A stretch of 64,000 nucleotides of DNA from Marsupella aquatica (Eukaryota; Plantae; Marchantiophyta), in assembly GCA_973895155.1 (NCBI GenBank), contig OZ316897.1:15313375-15377374 (forward strand). Reading direction: 5' to 3'. Below, in pieces: positions 39,307 to 50,011 of the stretch (position 1 is its first letter; the number at the start of each line of letters is the position of its first letter). A program made the position numbers and the translations under genes. Under the pieces are notes generated by a model. The model did no database searches, was not told the DNA's origin, and worked only from the letters and a program-made list of their open reading frames with translations.

Positions 39307-39799
39307 TTTCTATTACTATTCAAAGAATGTACATTCAGGCTCTAAGCAACCGTTGGTTTAACCTTTGTGTCTTATCGGGAATCCTCATTTGCGAGCCTGG
39401 CCTATGTGTCATCAATTGTTTGTAACAAATGCCTCCATGATATTGTCATTTGAGGCTGCATACAGCAAACACAAAGACAAAATGTACCAAGTGGGTTTAA
39501 TGTCTTTTGAGATTTTTCCCTTTCTAATTTTTGGTGCTTTATGGAAAATAATGCACAGTCCAAATTTGGATCAGGGATTTTTGAAACTTTTACAATACTT
39601 TTACTCAAAACAGTAAAATCAGATAAAATCTCTTGGAGCATCATGTGTATTAATTCCCTGTTAGTGCATTATGGGCAATAATAGCCCCATAATAATGAGT
39701 AACAATAAGGGCTATTAAAACATTAGCTAAATACTATCAAAGGGAAAACCCAATAAGACAATAAAGGGGAGAAAACAAGGAGAAAACCTTTCTGCAAAA

Positions 39800-40030
39800 T
39801 TTTAGTATAGTCTTAAGACCAAAGAGTCAAAAACCCCAGAAGTCACCCAAAAACAAGCAACCCAATAAAGGGAAGACAACACAGGAAAAAAACCCAGAAG
39901 ACCAAAGAGCAAGAAACCCCAAGAGCCAAAAAAAACTCCCAAAGGCCCCAACAACCACTAAAGAACAAAAACACCAAAGTGAAAAGCCTGGGAGGTAGAG
40001 CCAAGTCAACAAAACAATACAAAGAGGGTT
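39800..40030 (-). mobile_element. LINE-tail/SINE-like fragment
   Basis: Shares gcaacccaataaag, aagaccaaagag, caaccac and tgaaaagcctgg..gtagagc with the 18597 and 37200 elements. Confidence 0.6.
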
Positions 40031-40615
40031 CTTGTTGACGTTGTGCAAGTTTGTCATTTTCGCCACCTTGAACTGTTGAAGGACCACATTCCCACCTTTT
40101 TCCAAAAAACCCCTTTATTGAAAGAGTAGCAGGAGAGAAGGACACCCTCAACGTATTTCAAATATTAGCCTGGATTTGACACTGTGCGGCCTCCTTGACT
40201 TTCCTGGTGAACGTAATGATCACTCAAACAACGACCAATCTCAGAAGAGTCCTACGAATCTCTCTCTTTCGATGGATAAACGACGGTTTGACATAATTAG
40301 CGGCCCTAGATACAAAGGACTGTATACTCACTTTTATTGAAAAATACGTATTTTGATCTGTCTTTCCTACAGTAGTTTCTCTTTCTCTCTCGCTCCAGTC
40401 AATTCTCTCCAATTTGGCAACAAAGCGTTAAATCAAAGAGATTCTTTAAACTACAAATCTGTGTGACGAAGTTCTCCAGTAGACGGGCCAGATCAGATTT
40501 CATTGCTATGCCTCAACTTGCAACTGTCAGATGCTGAACCTGCATCCAATTCAGGAGAAACGAGAGTAACGAGAGTTTTTGAAGCACAATTTCACATGCC
40601 AAACGAGGATTTCGG

Positions 40616-43414
40616 ATGGTTGCAGCATCGCCTGACACTGCAGAGCTGAAGGGGAAGCCTGGAGCGGATAGCAGTCTGGGCAGGATGAAAGAAGGAGGTC
40701 CAAGAGTGGGCATTATAGGAGCAGGCGTGTCTGGGCTGGCTGCTTGCAAGCATTTTTCTCAGCGAGGTCTCAATGTCACGGTTTTGGAAGCCAAGTGTGG
40801 GATTGGTGGCATTTGGAGACAAACTTACGCTTCCACAGCTCTGCATACCTCCAGAAGACTGTTCGAGTACTCAGATTTCCCCTGGCCAGAGTCTGCCAGT
40901 AAGCATCCCATTCACCAGGATGTGATGGAATATCTTGAGAATTACAGTCAGCAATTTGGGCTGCTGGACAAGATTCAATTCAACTGCCAGGTAGTGCAGA
41001 TTAGGAGGGGCAATTCCGTGGGAACAGATAATGGCTGGGATGCCGAGGCTAATGGATTGACGAGGAGGAAAAGCCGGAACGTGACCACAGACCAAGATTT
41101 GGCTTCAAACGATGCGAACAGTACACTCTGGGAAGTCCGAGTAAGGAAAAAGATCCTGGATTCCACTGATTCTCCTGAATTCTCTGACGAGGTGAGAAAT
41201 CTGTATACTTTAAGATTGTGAGCTTCTCGTCATTTCACATGAGATCTAAGTGATATTAAACCCAGGCGAAATAATTTGCCACTGACAACTTTCATACGTT
41301 GCTCTTTTCCACCTTCGGACAAGACCTTTGTAGCAATCAATTGTCACAAAATAGAGTTTCGGTTTTGTTTTTATATTCCTGGACCTATGAGATTGATGCT
41401 ACTCTGGGGGTTGTCGCTCACAGATTTGTGTGTAGTGCAGAGTTATGAGTTCGAGTTTCTGGTAATTTGTTGTGGTTCCTTTGGAGATGTCCCTAGCGTG
41501 CCCTCGTTTCCTGCAAAGGAAGGCCCTGAGGCTTTCTCGGGGCAAGTCTTACACTCATTGGAGTACTCTTCTCTGGGTCCAGAGAAGTCAAGTGAATTAA
41601 TTCATGGGAAAAAGGTGGTCGTCGTGGGATATGGAAAGACTGCCCTGGATATTGTAATGGAGGTCGCCAATGCCCTCGAAGGTCAGCGATTCTCAATTGC
41701 AGACAATCATTCGTATTCGGAATTAACCAGAAATTATGAAAATCTGTGGTTTGGGTTTTCTGTTGTATTCAAAAGTCTCAAAACCAGCGACAGCTGGTCG
41801 CTGTTTGAAGAAAGCTTTAGTACGAGGGGAATGTCCCATTTGTCCCTTCTTTTTGTGGTGGCTGCCATTTGCTACTGTACAATATTTGTGGTCAAACAGA
41901 ATAATTTGTGGAACTACCTCATGTTGACGCGAATATGATGCTCCATTCTGGTCACAGATGCCTCTGGGGGAACCTGCACACTGCTTTTCAGGCGCACCCA
42001 CTGGATATTTCCCCATAAAATGCCCATGGCTTTTGGCTATATTCCGTTTATGTACCTGTCCTTCACCCGATTTGGCGAATGGTTTACTCCGAAACCAAAC
42101 CAAGGGATCCTCCAACGATTTTTGCAAATGATTTTCCGTCCGTTGGTGAGCTGAACTCATCTTTTCACTTTGTTGAAATCTCTAAATTTTTTGAGTCCTC
42201 TTTGCTGCGCAGAATACCAGCTGGGTCTGTAGTATTATACTTGAATGAGATTTTGCACAATTTGGCTGCTACTTTATCGTGTCTACGCCTTCCTTGTCCA
42301 GAAATTCAGTTGAAGAGCCTCCCGGTTTTGGTTCAATTGTTGATAAATTGCTGCAATTGGTGGACAGAGATGGGTAATGTGGAAGACGGTGGAATACAAC
42401 ATTCGAAATCAGTTGCCTCTATCCAAGTTTGGAATACTCCCCGACCATTCATTAATTGAGGACATCTCCGGCTGCATGACACCGTCACTGCCTGTCGGTT
42501 TTGTACCACACTTGGAGAAGGGCCACATTGGACTAGTGAAGACCCCTTCGTTCAGCTTCTATCCTCAAGGTGTCGTTCTGGCAGATGGAAAGAAAGTTGA
42601 GGCAGACGTTGTTCTTCTATGCACTGGTTATAATGCCCAAGAAAAGTTGAAGGCGATTCTTCCTATAGCTGCCAGAGAATCTGTGTTCGAGAAAGAAGAT
42701 ACAATATCTCTTTACAGGTATGTCTATTTTAATGACTTCTTTGTGGATGATGGAAAGGCCGCTGATTCGGTTTTCGTCAACTGTGTGTGAATCTGCCTGC
42801 TGTTTGAGAGAGAGAGTCTTGTTTCCAAGATACCTGTTCTGTTATAATCACTTCTAGTTGAGGAAGCACATAAGCTATCCTCGACACTTGGATTTGTTCT
42901 GTTATAATCACTTCTAGTTGAGGAAGCACATAGTGTATCCTGGACACTTGGATTTGTTTTACTGCGGAGTCCACATCTGCTGGCTTGCTTTCATGTCCAA
43001 GTTTTCTCTTAGTTGGATGCATCAGTCGGTGTCAGCAACCTGAGAATGATGGGTGGAATGCTTTACAGAGGACTGGTGCACCCAAAAATTCCAGGTATGG
43101 CTTTTCTGGGGTATCATGAGGGGCTTACCACCACCAATTCTGCTGAGCTAGGAGCTGTGTGGCTAGCGCACCTGATACAAGGCCAATTCAGTCTGCGGGA
43201 TCATGCAACGATGGAGGTCGATATGGCAAAATGGTGGCAATGTAAGAAGAGTGCTACTCCCCTCTACAAGCGACCATGTATAGGCTCAGTTGTAATATGG
43301 CACTATGACACACTGTGTAAGGATATGGGGGTTACTCGAAATGCCCAGAAGCTTAGCTGGTGGAACTCCTTGTTCTCAATACCCAGCGTGAAAAATTACA
43401 AGCTGAGTGATTAA
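40616..43414 (+). CDS. Flavin-containing monooxygenase, FMO1-like clade, paralogue B; 566 aa (alternative ATG at 40685), 5 exons
   Basis: Exons 40616-41191, 41441-41681, 41958-42145, 42368-42717, 43069-43414 (1701 nt in frame). The internal exons are 241/188/350 nt, exactly as in paralogue A. Motifs: GAGVSG, YSDFPWP, FSGQVLHSLEY, GYGKTALDI, LCTGY, WHYDTLCKDMG. Confidence 0.93.
42835..42957. repeat. 60-bp tandem duplication in FMO-B intron 4
   Basis: tgttctgttataatcacttctagttgaggaagcacata...tatcct.gacacttggattt occurs twice. Confidence 0.9.
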
Positions 43415-43729
43415 GCGAGTATCTATTTCGTTACCCCGAGAGACTTTCGAAGGTGCTCCGAGAGTTTGACAGACAAGTTGTGGTCCTCGCCCCTGTACAA
43501 GATCTTGAGCTGTATATGCGGAGCGTCCTTCTCTTCATTTAAACTAGCTCGCATCACATTCAGGCTTGCAGAATGTAGTCAAGAAATTGTCCAGACAATA
43601 AAAAGGCTCCCTGTTCGGATTGTTTACATATTCCTGTCATGACCACAATTCCAGTAGCCATTTCGTTGATTAATGCTGTAATTGAGGACTGCAGTACTGA
43701 AATGGAAAGCATTCTCTACCCGGGATCAA

Positions 43730-44047
43730 TCAAGATTCACACAAGGGCAGCGCGTCACAAATGTGTGCATCTGTTGAGAAATTGACAAATTAAAGCGGTC
43801 ATTCCTCACTGTGCGCACCTTTCCAATGGTGACGTTAAGTTTGGCATTGAATGTGTATGAGTAGCAACGACCAGTGAGATCCAAAATTGCCACGCCAAAA
43901 ACCTCAGGGAGTACAAGACTATGAATGAATTTAAAAATCCATGGGGACGGCACCATTTTATTTGTTTGAAGGTAAACAGGATGCCGAGACTTTAAGAAAT
44001 AGGGGGAGCTCAATTATGGCCCTGCAAGCTACATACAAGGACAACTT
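43730..44047. repeat. ~310-bp dispersed direct duplicate, copy 1 (copy 2 at ~48097-48400)
   Basis: The two copies are colinear, e.g. cacaaatgtgtgcatctgttgagaaattgacaaa..gcggtcattcctcactgtgc ... aaaatccatgg.gacg.caccat.ttatttgtttgaa. Confidence 0.9.
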
Positions 44048-44168
44048 ACTCCTGATACCACCCTATCAAAGAGGGTGTTGAAGAGGGGAAGAAATATACT
44101 TGATGGACCCCCAAACCCCAAAATACAAAGTGTTACTAGATGGACCCCATTAGTCATCTAGGCCGGTG

Positions 44169-44275
44169 ATGGACCTTAAATCAATGTACCCAAAACCTCC
44201 AAGGGCCTCATGGGGTCCATCATGGACCTTAAATCAATGTACCCAAACCCTCCAAGGGCCTCATGGGGTCCATCA
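44169..44275. repeat. ~53-bp tandem duplication
   Basis: atggaccttaaatcaatgtacccaaa.cctccaagggcctcatggggtccatc occurs twice. Confidence 0.9.
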
Positions 44276-44314
44276 AGTAACACTTTTCAATTTAGGGGTC
44301 ATCAAGCATATCTT

Positions 44315-44955
44315 TGTGAAGGAATCTCTTCAGGACCATACTCTAAAGCCCTGCCTGAGGGTGATTATAAATAGAAACACCCCATGTGTTTACAATCAGC
44401 CTAAACACACTACGAGCTTGGGTGCTAATAAATGTAACTTTTGTGTGGAACAATGTTTACCGGTGGGTAACCATTTGTACTCTGTGTTCATGTGTAATTT
44501 TGTCCAGGAACTTAGCAACACAGAGTACAAATTTTGTTGACCTTTTCCTGGACAAAATTACACATGAAAACTGATAAGTGGCTGGGGTTCTCTGTTAGTA
44601 TATTGTACTTAGCTGTAGGACCCAGTTAATCAGGTTAACTAGATAGCAATTTAACCATGGTTAAAGTTTCTGAGGTTAGATTAGTGGAAAGGGGGTATAC
44701 CTTTGTGATAGATAGTACTTAGATATTAATTTCAGGGGTGAAGGACTGAGAGTGAAAGAAAAAGATTGGTGGTAGACCAGCTTGTGAGTTTGCTAGGATA
44801 TGGTGGATGTATTGAGATTGTGTATAGTTATTCATTTCTGAATCGTGGACTTAACCCAGACAGGGTGAACCATGGATCTATGCATCATTATTTATTACTG
44901 GGTAGTGCACGCACCGGTTCTCTGTGACGTTGTGTTGTACAATATATACTCAACA
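44315..44955 (+). mobile_element. Old solo-LTR-like relic
   Basis: Ends in ctcaaca like the 62310 LTR end and contains cgtggacttaaccc..gggtgaaccatggatct, which matches the LTR motif. The 5' boundary is uncertain and no TSD was found. Confidence 0.5.
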
Positions 44956-45324
44956 TTCTAGTTCATAACCTGCATCTGGAATGTTATTGCATCCAGCTGT
45001 TTAGCTTGTTCTCACATTCCAGACACAGCCTAGTAATCCCCTGCCCAGATATTGATTCCAACGCCTAAATCCTTGCAAGATCTGACTCTTCGTATCATCT
45101 TTTACTTTATGGAAGAGAATGTCCATCACAAGCAATGGAAGGGCATTTTGAGAATTTCCCTTACTTGTCTCTTGGTAACTAAAGTAAAATCTGAACTTTG
45201 CATGAGATTTGGGTTTGTCTCCAAGCAAGAAGATAGGGGAAACAGAAAAATCAATCTTCCAGAGATTAAAGTCTAATAACTTTGTGTTTTCATAGCATTA
45301 CTGGCCCTATGCCCGTGTGGTGCA

Positions 45325-45720
45325 CGAAAGATGTCGAGGAGAGAAAATATGTTGAGGTGATAAAAGATGTAGAGGAGAGAAAAGATGTCAAGAAGAGAAA
45401 GGATGGCAAGGTGAGAAAAAATGTAAAGATGAGGAAAAGATATCGAGGGTGAGGGAAAGATGTCGAGGGGTGAGAAAAAGATATTGTGGTGCGATAAAGA
45501 TGTGAATGTGAGAAAAAGATGGCAAGATAAAATGTCAAGGTGAGAAAAAGATGTGAAGGTGAGAAAAGGTCTCGAGGAGAGAAAAATCTGTCAAGGACAG
45601 TAAAGATTTTGAGGGTGAGATAAAGATGTCAAGGTGAGACAAAGGATGGCAAGAAGAGAAATAAATGGCAAGGCAGGCCTGGGCAAAGATGATGCAAAGA
45701 GATAAATATGTAAAGATTAG
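45325..45720. repeat. Purine-rich degenerate minisatellite (~18-20 bp, gagaaaagatgtc(g/a)agg(g)t)
   Basis: About 20 degenerate copies are visible. Confidence 0.85.
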
Positions 45721-46318
45721 AAAAATTGGGAGAAAAGCTGCCAAGGCAAGGCAAACAAATATAACTTTAATTTGCAATGTATTGTTGAGGCATGTTATGC
45801 GTGATCTTCAAAGCTGATTGTATCGGGCACTTCGCAAGGTAGTTGTAAGTTTAGGCATGTTATCATTACAACCATGTTATTGCTGCCAAACCCAATAGTT
45901 ACTCAGGCATTGCACAAATACATTGAGGTAAGGTAAAAAGGTGCATGCAGGATTAGGAATTAAGTGTTGTTGTTTTGGCTATAACTATGCAGCCTGTGAC
46001 ACTATTAAGAGTTGTGAGAGTGTAATCATTTTGGTTGATTGGTTCTTGTTGCCACAAATGAATGCAAAGGGTGGGGGCAAGGGAGCGGAGAGGGTGCACG
46101 GGGAGGGGGAGGGAGGGGAGGGAACTAAAGATTAATGGGGGAGGAGAAATTAAATGAAAAAAATATCCTTACAACACCAATTAAGCATGGACTTGAATCA
46201 ATCAAATTTGATGACAACATTCATTTGTGGCTCTTTTATTGTGAAAAGCGTTCCTTGTCATTCATTTATGGGCATTCATTTATGGCTCTTTTATTGTGAA
46301 AAGCGTTCCTTGTCATTG

Positions 46319-46680
46319 CGCATATCTTGTTCAAATTGCATAAAACTTTATGTAATCAAGTGATGCAATTCAAGTGAACACAAAGTAGGGGACAAAAGAC
46401 TCAGTCGGGTATTTAGAGTAGGGGCAAGAGTTGGGCAAGAGTTGGGCAAGAGCTCTTCATTGTCAATATTACAAAAGACGGAACAAATGTGGTTGGCAAA
46501 CCATTGGGCATATCTTGTTCAAATTGCACATAACTTTATGTAATCAAGTGATGCAATTCAAGTGAACACAAAGTAGGGGACAAAAGACTCAGATGGGTAT
46601 TTAGAGTAGGGCAAAAGTTGGGCAAGAGCTCTTTATTGTCAATATTAGGAAAGATGGAAGAAATGTGGTTGGCAAAAGGC
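46319..46680. repeat. ~190-bp tandem duplication
   Basis: gcatatcttgttcaaattgca...ttatgtaatcaagtgatgcaattcaagtgaacacaaagtaggggacaaaagactcag...ggttggcaaa occurs twice. Confidence 0.9.
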
Positions 46681-48096
46681 GCAAATGGGGCAAAGAGCTG
46701 AGCGCCCGACTAGGGAAAGAATTGGGGCAAAAGCCAGAGCAAGACCAATTGAGATGCCAAGGCATGTTAAGCAAGCCAAGTATTGGGGAGAAAAATTGTT
46801 TGGAGCTTGGTCTCATGGCCTTCATTGAAAAAGTCTTCCTTCAAAAAGATGGAAGTTTAGTTGAAATAACGAGGAGGCTAGATTTGTGTAGGGATCATGA
46901 TAGCAAGGCAAGCAGGCACGGACATCGTAGAATGTACAACATTTGAGAGCTGTTTAGCTTTCAAAGTAATCTAGACTTTCGCTTGCTGATTCACAATCAT
47001 TAGCGCTTTCAGGAATTGCGCGAAAGTCGTGGGTTGTGCGCTTCTGTCATTTTCTGAGAACTGATCTGTTAGGATATGAAAGAATCACGTGAGTAGCGCT
47101 AAATTTAAGTTCCAAAGCATGCCTATATCATTTGCTAATCGTGTAATGGTCTGCGTGTGTGGCAGCTGTCTCACTGCTGCGAAGTAAGTTCTTCTTTGTA
47201 TAGTCCTTGCAAAAATTATGAATCTTCCTTCGCATTGTTGAATGAAGTCCAATCAAGTCGAGCTAATGGACCACCAAAATTTAACTTCCTCTCGTAGGGA
47301 TCCCGAGAGAAACTCGTGCAAACCCATGCTATTACAGTAGGCTACACTGAGCACCCTAAACGTCAGAGCGGTCATTGCTCCAGGAGAATTAGATTCGGAT
47401 GAAACAATACCTTGATCTAAGCTTCGGCAGCTAGGTTAGTTGTTTCCTCATAGTCAGTTTGTCCCCAACATGCGGTCCTCCACTCGAAAGTGCAATTTCA
47501 ATCCAGAGTACTCTTTGCACACTAAGGGAACCTGTGGTCTTTGTGCATTGCATGCCCTGCGATTGGCAAAATGCTTGAACTGGAAAACAGCGGCACCTAT
47601 TAATTTCTAGAAATGATAGTGGCGTTCAACGAAGAGCAGCGCCACTGAGCCTCCGCCCCCTAGAACAATCAACAATGGGGCAGAAATTCTAAATCGGTGT
47701 TGGTTATTCGACCAATCTACACTATGTCAAGGTATAGCCTCTGTTCAGAGTGTATTGGGTAACAACCCAATCAGAAAGAGCAGTGATGCAATCTCACTTG
47801 GTTTGCTCGTCTGACGGGAAAGGAAGCAACGAGGAGCACAGCTGCACCATGGCGATCAAAAAGCTACACTGGACAGGGATCGGGGATGATTCCCAGGACC
47901 CAATTCAAGGATGTCATGACCATTCCGGAGTGAACTGGTACATACATATCAAACGTCCTGTCAATTTTGATGATCTGGTCTAATATTGTTCGATAATCCC
48001 TGTCTCTATGGTCAAGCACCAACCTCCATGCACGGACCAGGTGCTCAACTGAAGGAAGTAACGAGATTTCGTCTTAAAATTGAAACAATACTCCTC

Positions 48097-48400
48097 GAAG
48101 ATTGACACAAAGGCAGAGCGACACAAATGTGTGCATCTGTTGAGAAATTGACAAAGCGGTCATTCCTCACTGTGCTTACCTTTCAAACGATGACGTGAAG
48201 TTTTGCATTCAAATGTGCATGAGGAGCAACGACTAGTGATATTCAAACTTCCACAGCAAAAAAGTTACGGAGTATACGACAATGAATGACACTAAAATCC
48301 ATGGAGACGACACCATCTTATTTGTTTGAACGGAAATACAATGCGGAGAGTTTAGTGGGACCACATTATGGCCCCGGAAGCTAAATAACAAGGGCAACTC
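48097..48400. repeat. ~310-bp dispersed direct duplicate, copy 2
   Basis: Colinear with 43730-44047. Confidence 0.9.
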
Positions 48401-48471
48401 CTGCGCAGTGTATAACTATGATCAACTACAGATTTGATGCTGTGCATCAGTCACACCTTGCCAGGACAGCA

Positions 48472-49278
48472 TTAAAGGTGATTGGTGTTGTCGGTCAGAA
48501 GGACAGGTCGGTGGGAAGCTGAGGAACAGTCGCCATGCAAGTCACGGCAACAGCAGACAGCCAGGCGCAAACCTCTTGGAGTGTGTGGAAGAGCTGCCCT
48601 TCCATGTAGAAGCCAAGAGGAGGGTTCTTCGAGGAAATTTGGAAAGTGGTGTTGCTCTTCAGGGCCGTGTTGGCGTAAAGATGATGGGTCTTGTTGCCAA
48701 CATTGCCCTTTCTCGCTAATCACAATTGAACTCACAGACTTCATACCGGAGAGCACTAAAGATGATGGGTGTTGTTAATCAGAACGACAGGTCGGTTCGA
48801 AGTTGAGGAGCAGTTGCCATGTAAGTCACAGCAACAGCAGAAAGCCAAGCGCAAACCTCTTGGACTGTGTGGAAGAGCTTCCGTTCAATGTAGAAGCCAA
48901 GAGGAGGGTTCTTAAAGCAAATTTGGAAGGTGGTGTTGCTCTTCAGGGTCGTGTTGGCATAAAGATGATGGGTCTTGTTGCCAACATTGCCCTTTCTCGT
49001 TAATCATATATTGAGGTCACAGAACTTAATACCGAGAGCACTAAAGATGATGGGTGTTGTTAGTCACTAGGACAGGTCGGTTCGAAGTTGAGGAACAGTC
49101 GCCATGTAAGTCACAGCAACAGCAGAAAACCGGGCGCAAACCTCTTGGAGTGTGTGGAAGACCTTCCCTTCGCTGTAGAAGCCAAGATGAGGGTTCTTAG
49201 AGCAAATTTGGAAGGTGGTGTTGCTTTTCAGGGTCGTGTTGGCGTAAAGATGATGGGTCTTGTTGCCAACATTGCCCT
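48472..49278. repeat. Tandem triplication, period 284-285 bp, with a nested AAAGATGATGGGT motif; function unknown
   Basis: Three colinear units with no indels over the ~205-nt core. The motif occurs at 48677, 48758, 48961, 49043 and 49246, and again at 49435. Confidence 0.95.
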
Positions 49279-49916
49279 GTTTGGAAAATGTCTGGTCAAT
49301 GCACTACACACTGACAGAATCCCAATCTTACCGCTCTTCAGAGCCAGAATTCATGGTCAGGTTTTCCGCTCTCCCAACGACTGGAACCGCCAATTTGAAA
49401 ATCGGTAGTGAAATCTTCTCTTTCAGCTTTACGTAAAGATGATGGGTGCTGTTGTCACGTTTGTTCCCCTTGACGTAAATTGATGCTGGCTGCTGTTGTC
49501 GCACGTGCTCATCTTCAGAAGAAGCGATGCTCCTCTACCGCGGTTGCTCTTCATCAGTATGTACACAAGATGTGTTCTGTGGTTCTAAGCCCTGAAATGG
49601 CCCCTTTTAAGTGGATGAGTAGTTTCTCAATTCGCCCAACGATTGAGAAGGGCCTTTCAAAGATGATGATATTACTCTGCTGTTGCATTGTTCTGTGACG
49701 ACTATGGCAATTGTTGCTCTACTCCTTCAACAACGCAGAACGGTTGATGAATGTTGTCGGTCTTTCGTGGGTGTTGTTTCGGTTTGCACAGTTCCGTTGC
49801 GGTGAGCAGCCTTTCATGATTTTCACGCAAACAGAGTACGAATCGTCAAAGTTCAATTAGTAGCAGTGTTCCGCGGTCGCCATTTGTTTCCGAGATGCAA
49901 GAGGTATGCCGCTGCA

Positions 49917-50011
49917 GGTTGCCAAGTAGGGGAAAACAGTGGCTGTTGTTTCTCGTACCGGTTGCCAAGAAGGGGAGAAACAGTCGCTGTTGTTTCTTGT
50001 ACCGGTTGCCA
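49917..50011. repeat. ~43-bp tandem repeat x2.2
   Basis: ggttgccaag.agggga.aaacagt.gctgttgtttct.gtacc is repeated. Confidence 0.85.

Noticed and set aside
44053-44062. PBS-like CTGATACCA
   Set aside because: Only a 9-nt match and no adjacent LTR terminus.
45290-45777. Hydrophobic Phe/Ser/Leu-rich ORFs
   Set aside because: These are translation artefacts of the purine-rich minisatellite.
48850-48990. H/ACA or C/D snoRNA interpretation of the triplicated unit
   Set aside because: An ANANNA hinge is present in only two of three copies and the ACA falls inside a strong stem. ATGATGG is not a canonical box C and there is no consistent CTGA box D. Left to an Infernal search.
48803-49408. Plus-strand ORFs (LLDCVEELPFNV...) resembling the ING N-terminus
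   Set aside because: They start at TTG, the match is about 10 residues, and they are the antisense of a frame with better third-position bias.
49520-49560. Hammerhead ribozyme core (CTGATGA; also ~24939 and ~36530)
   Set aside because: No correctly placed GAAA or closing stems.
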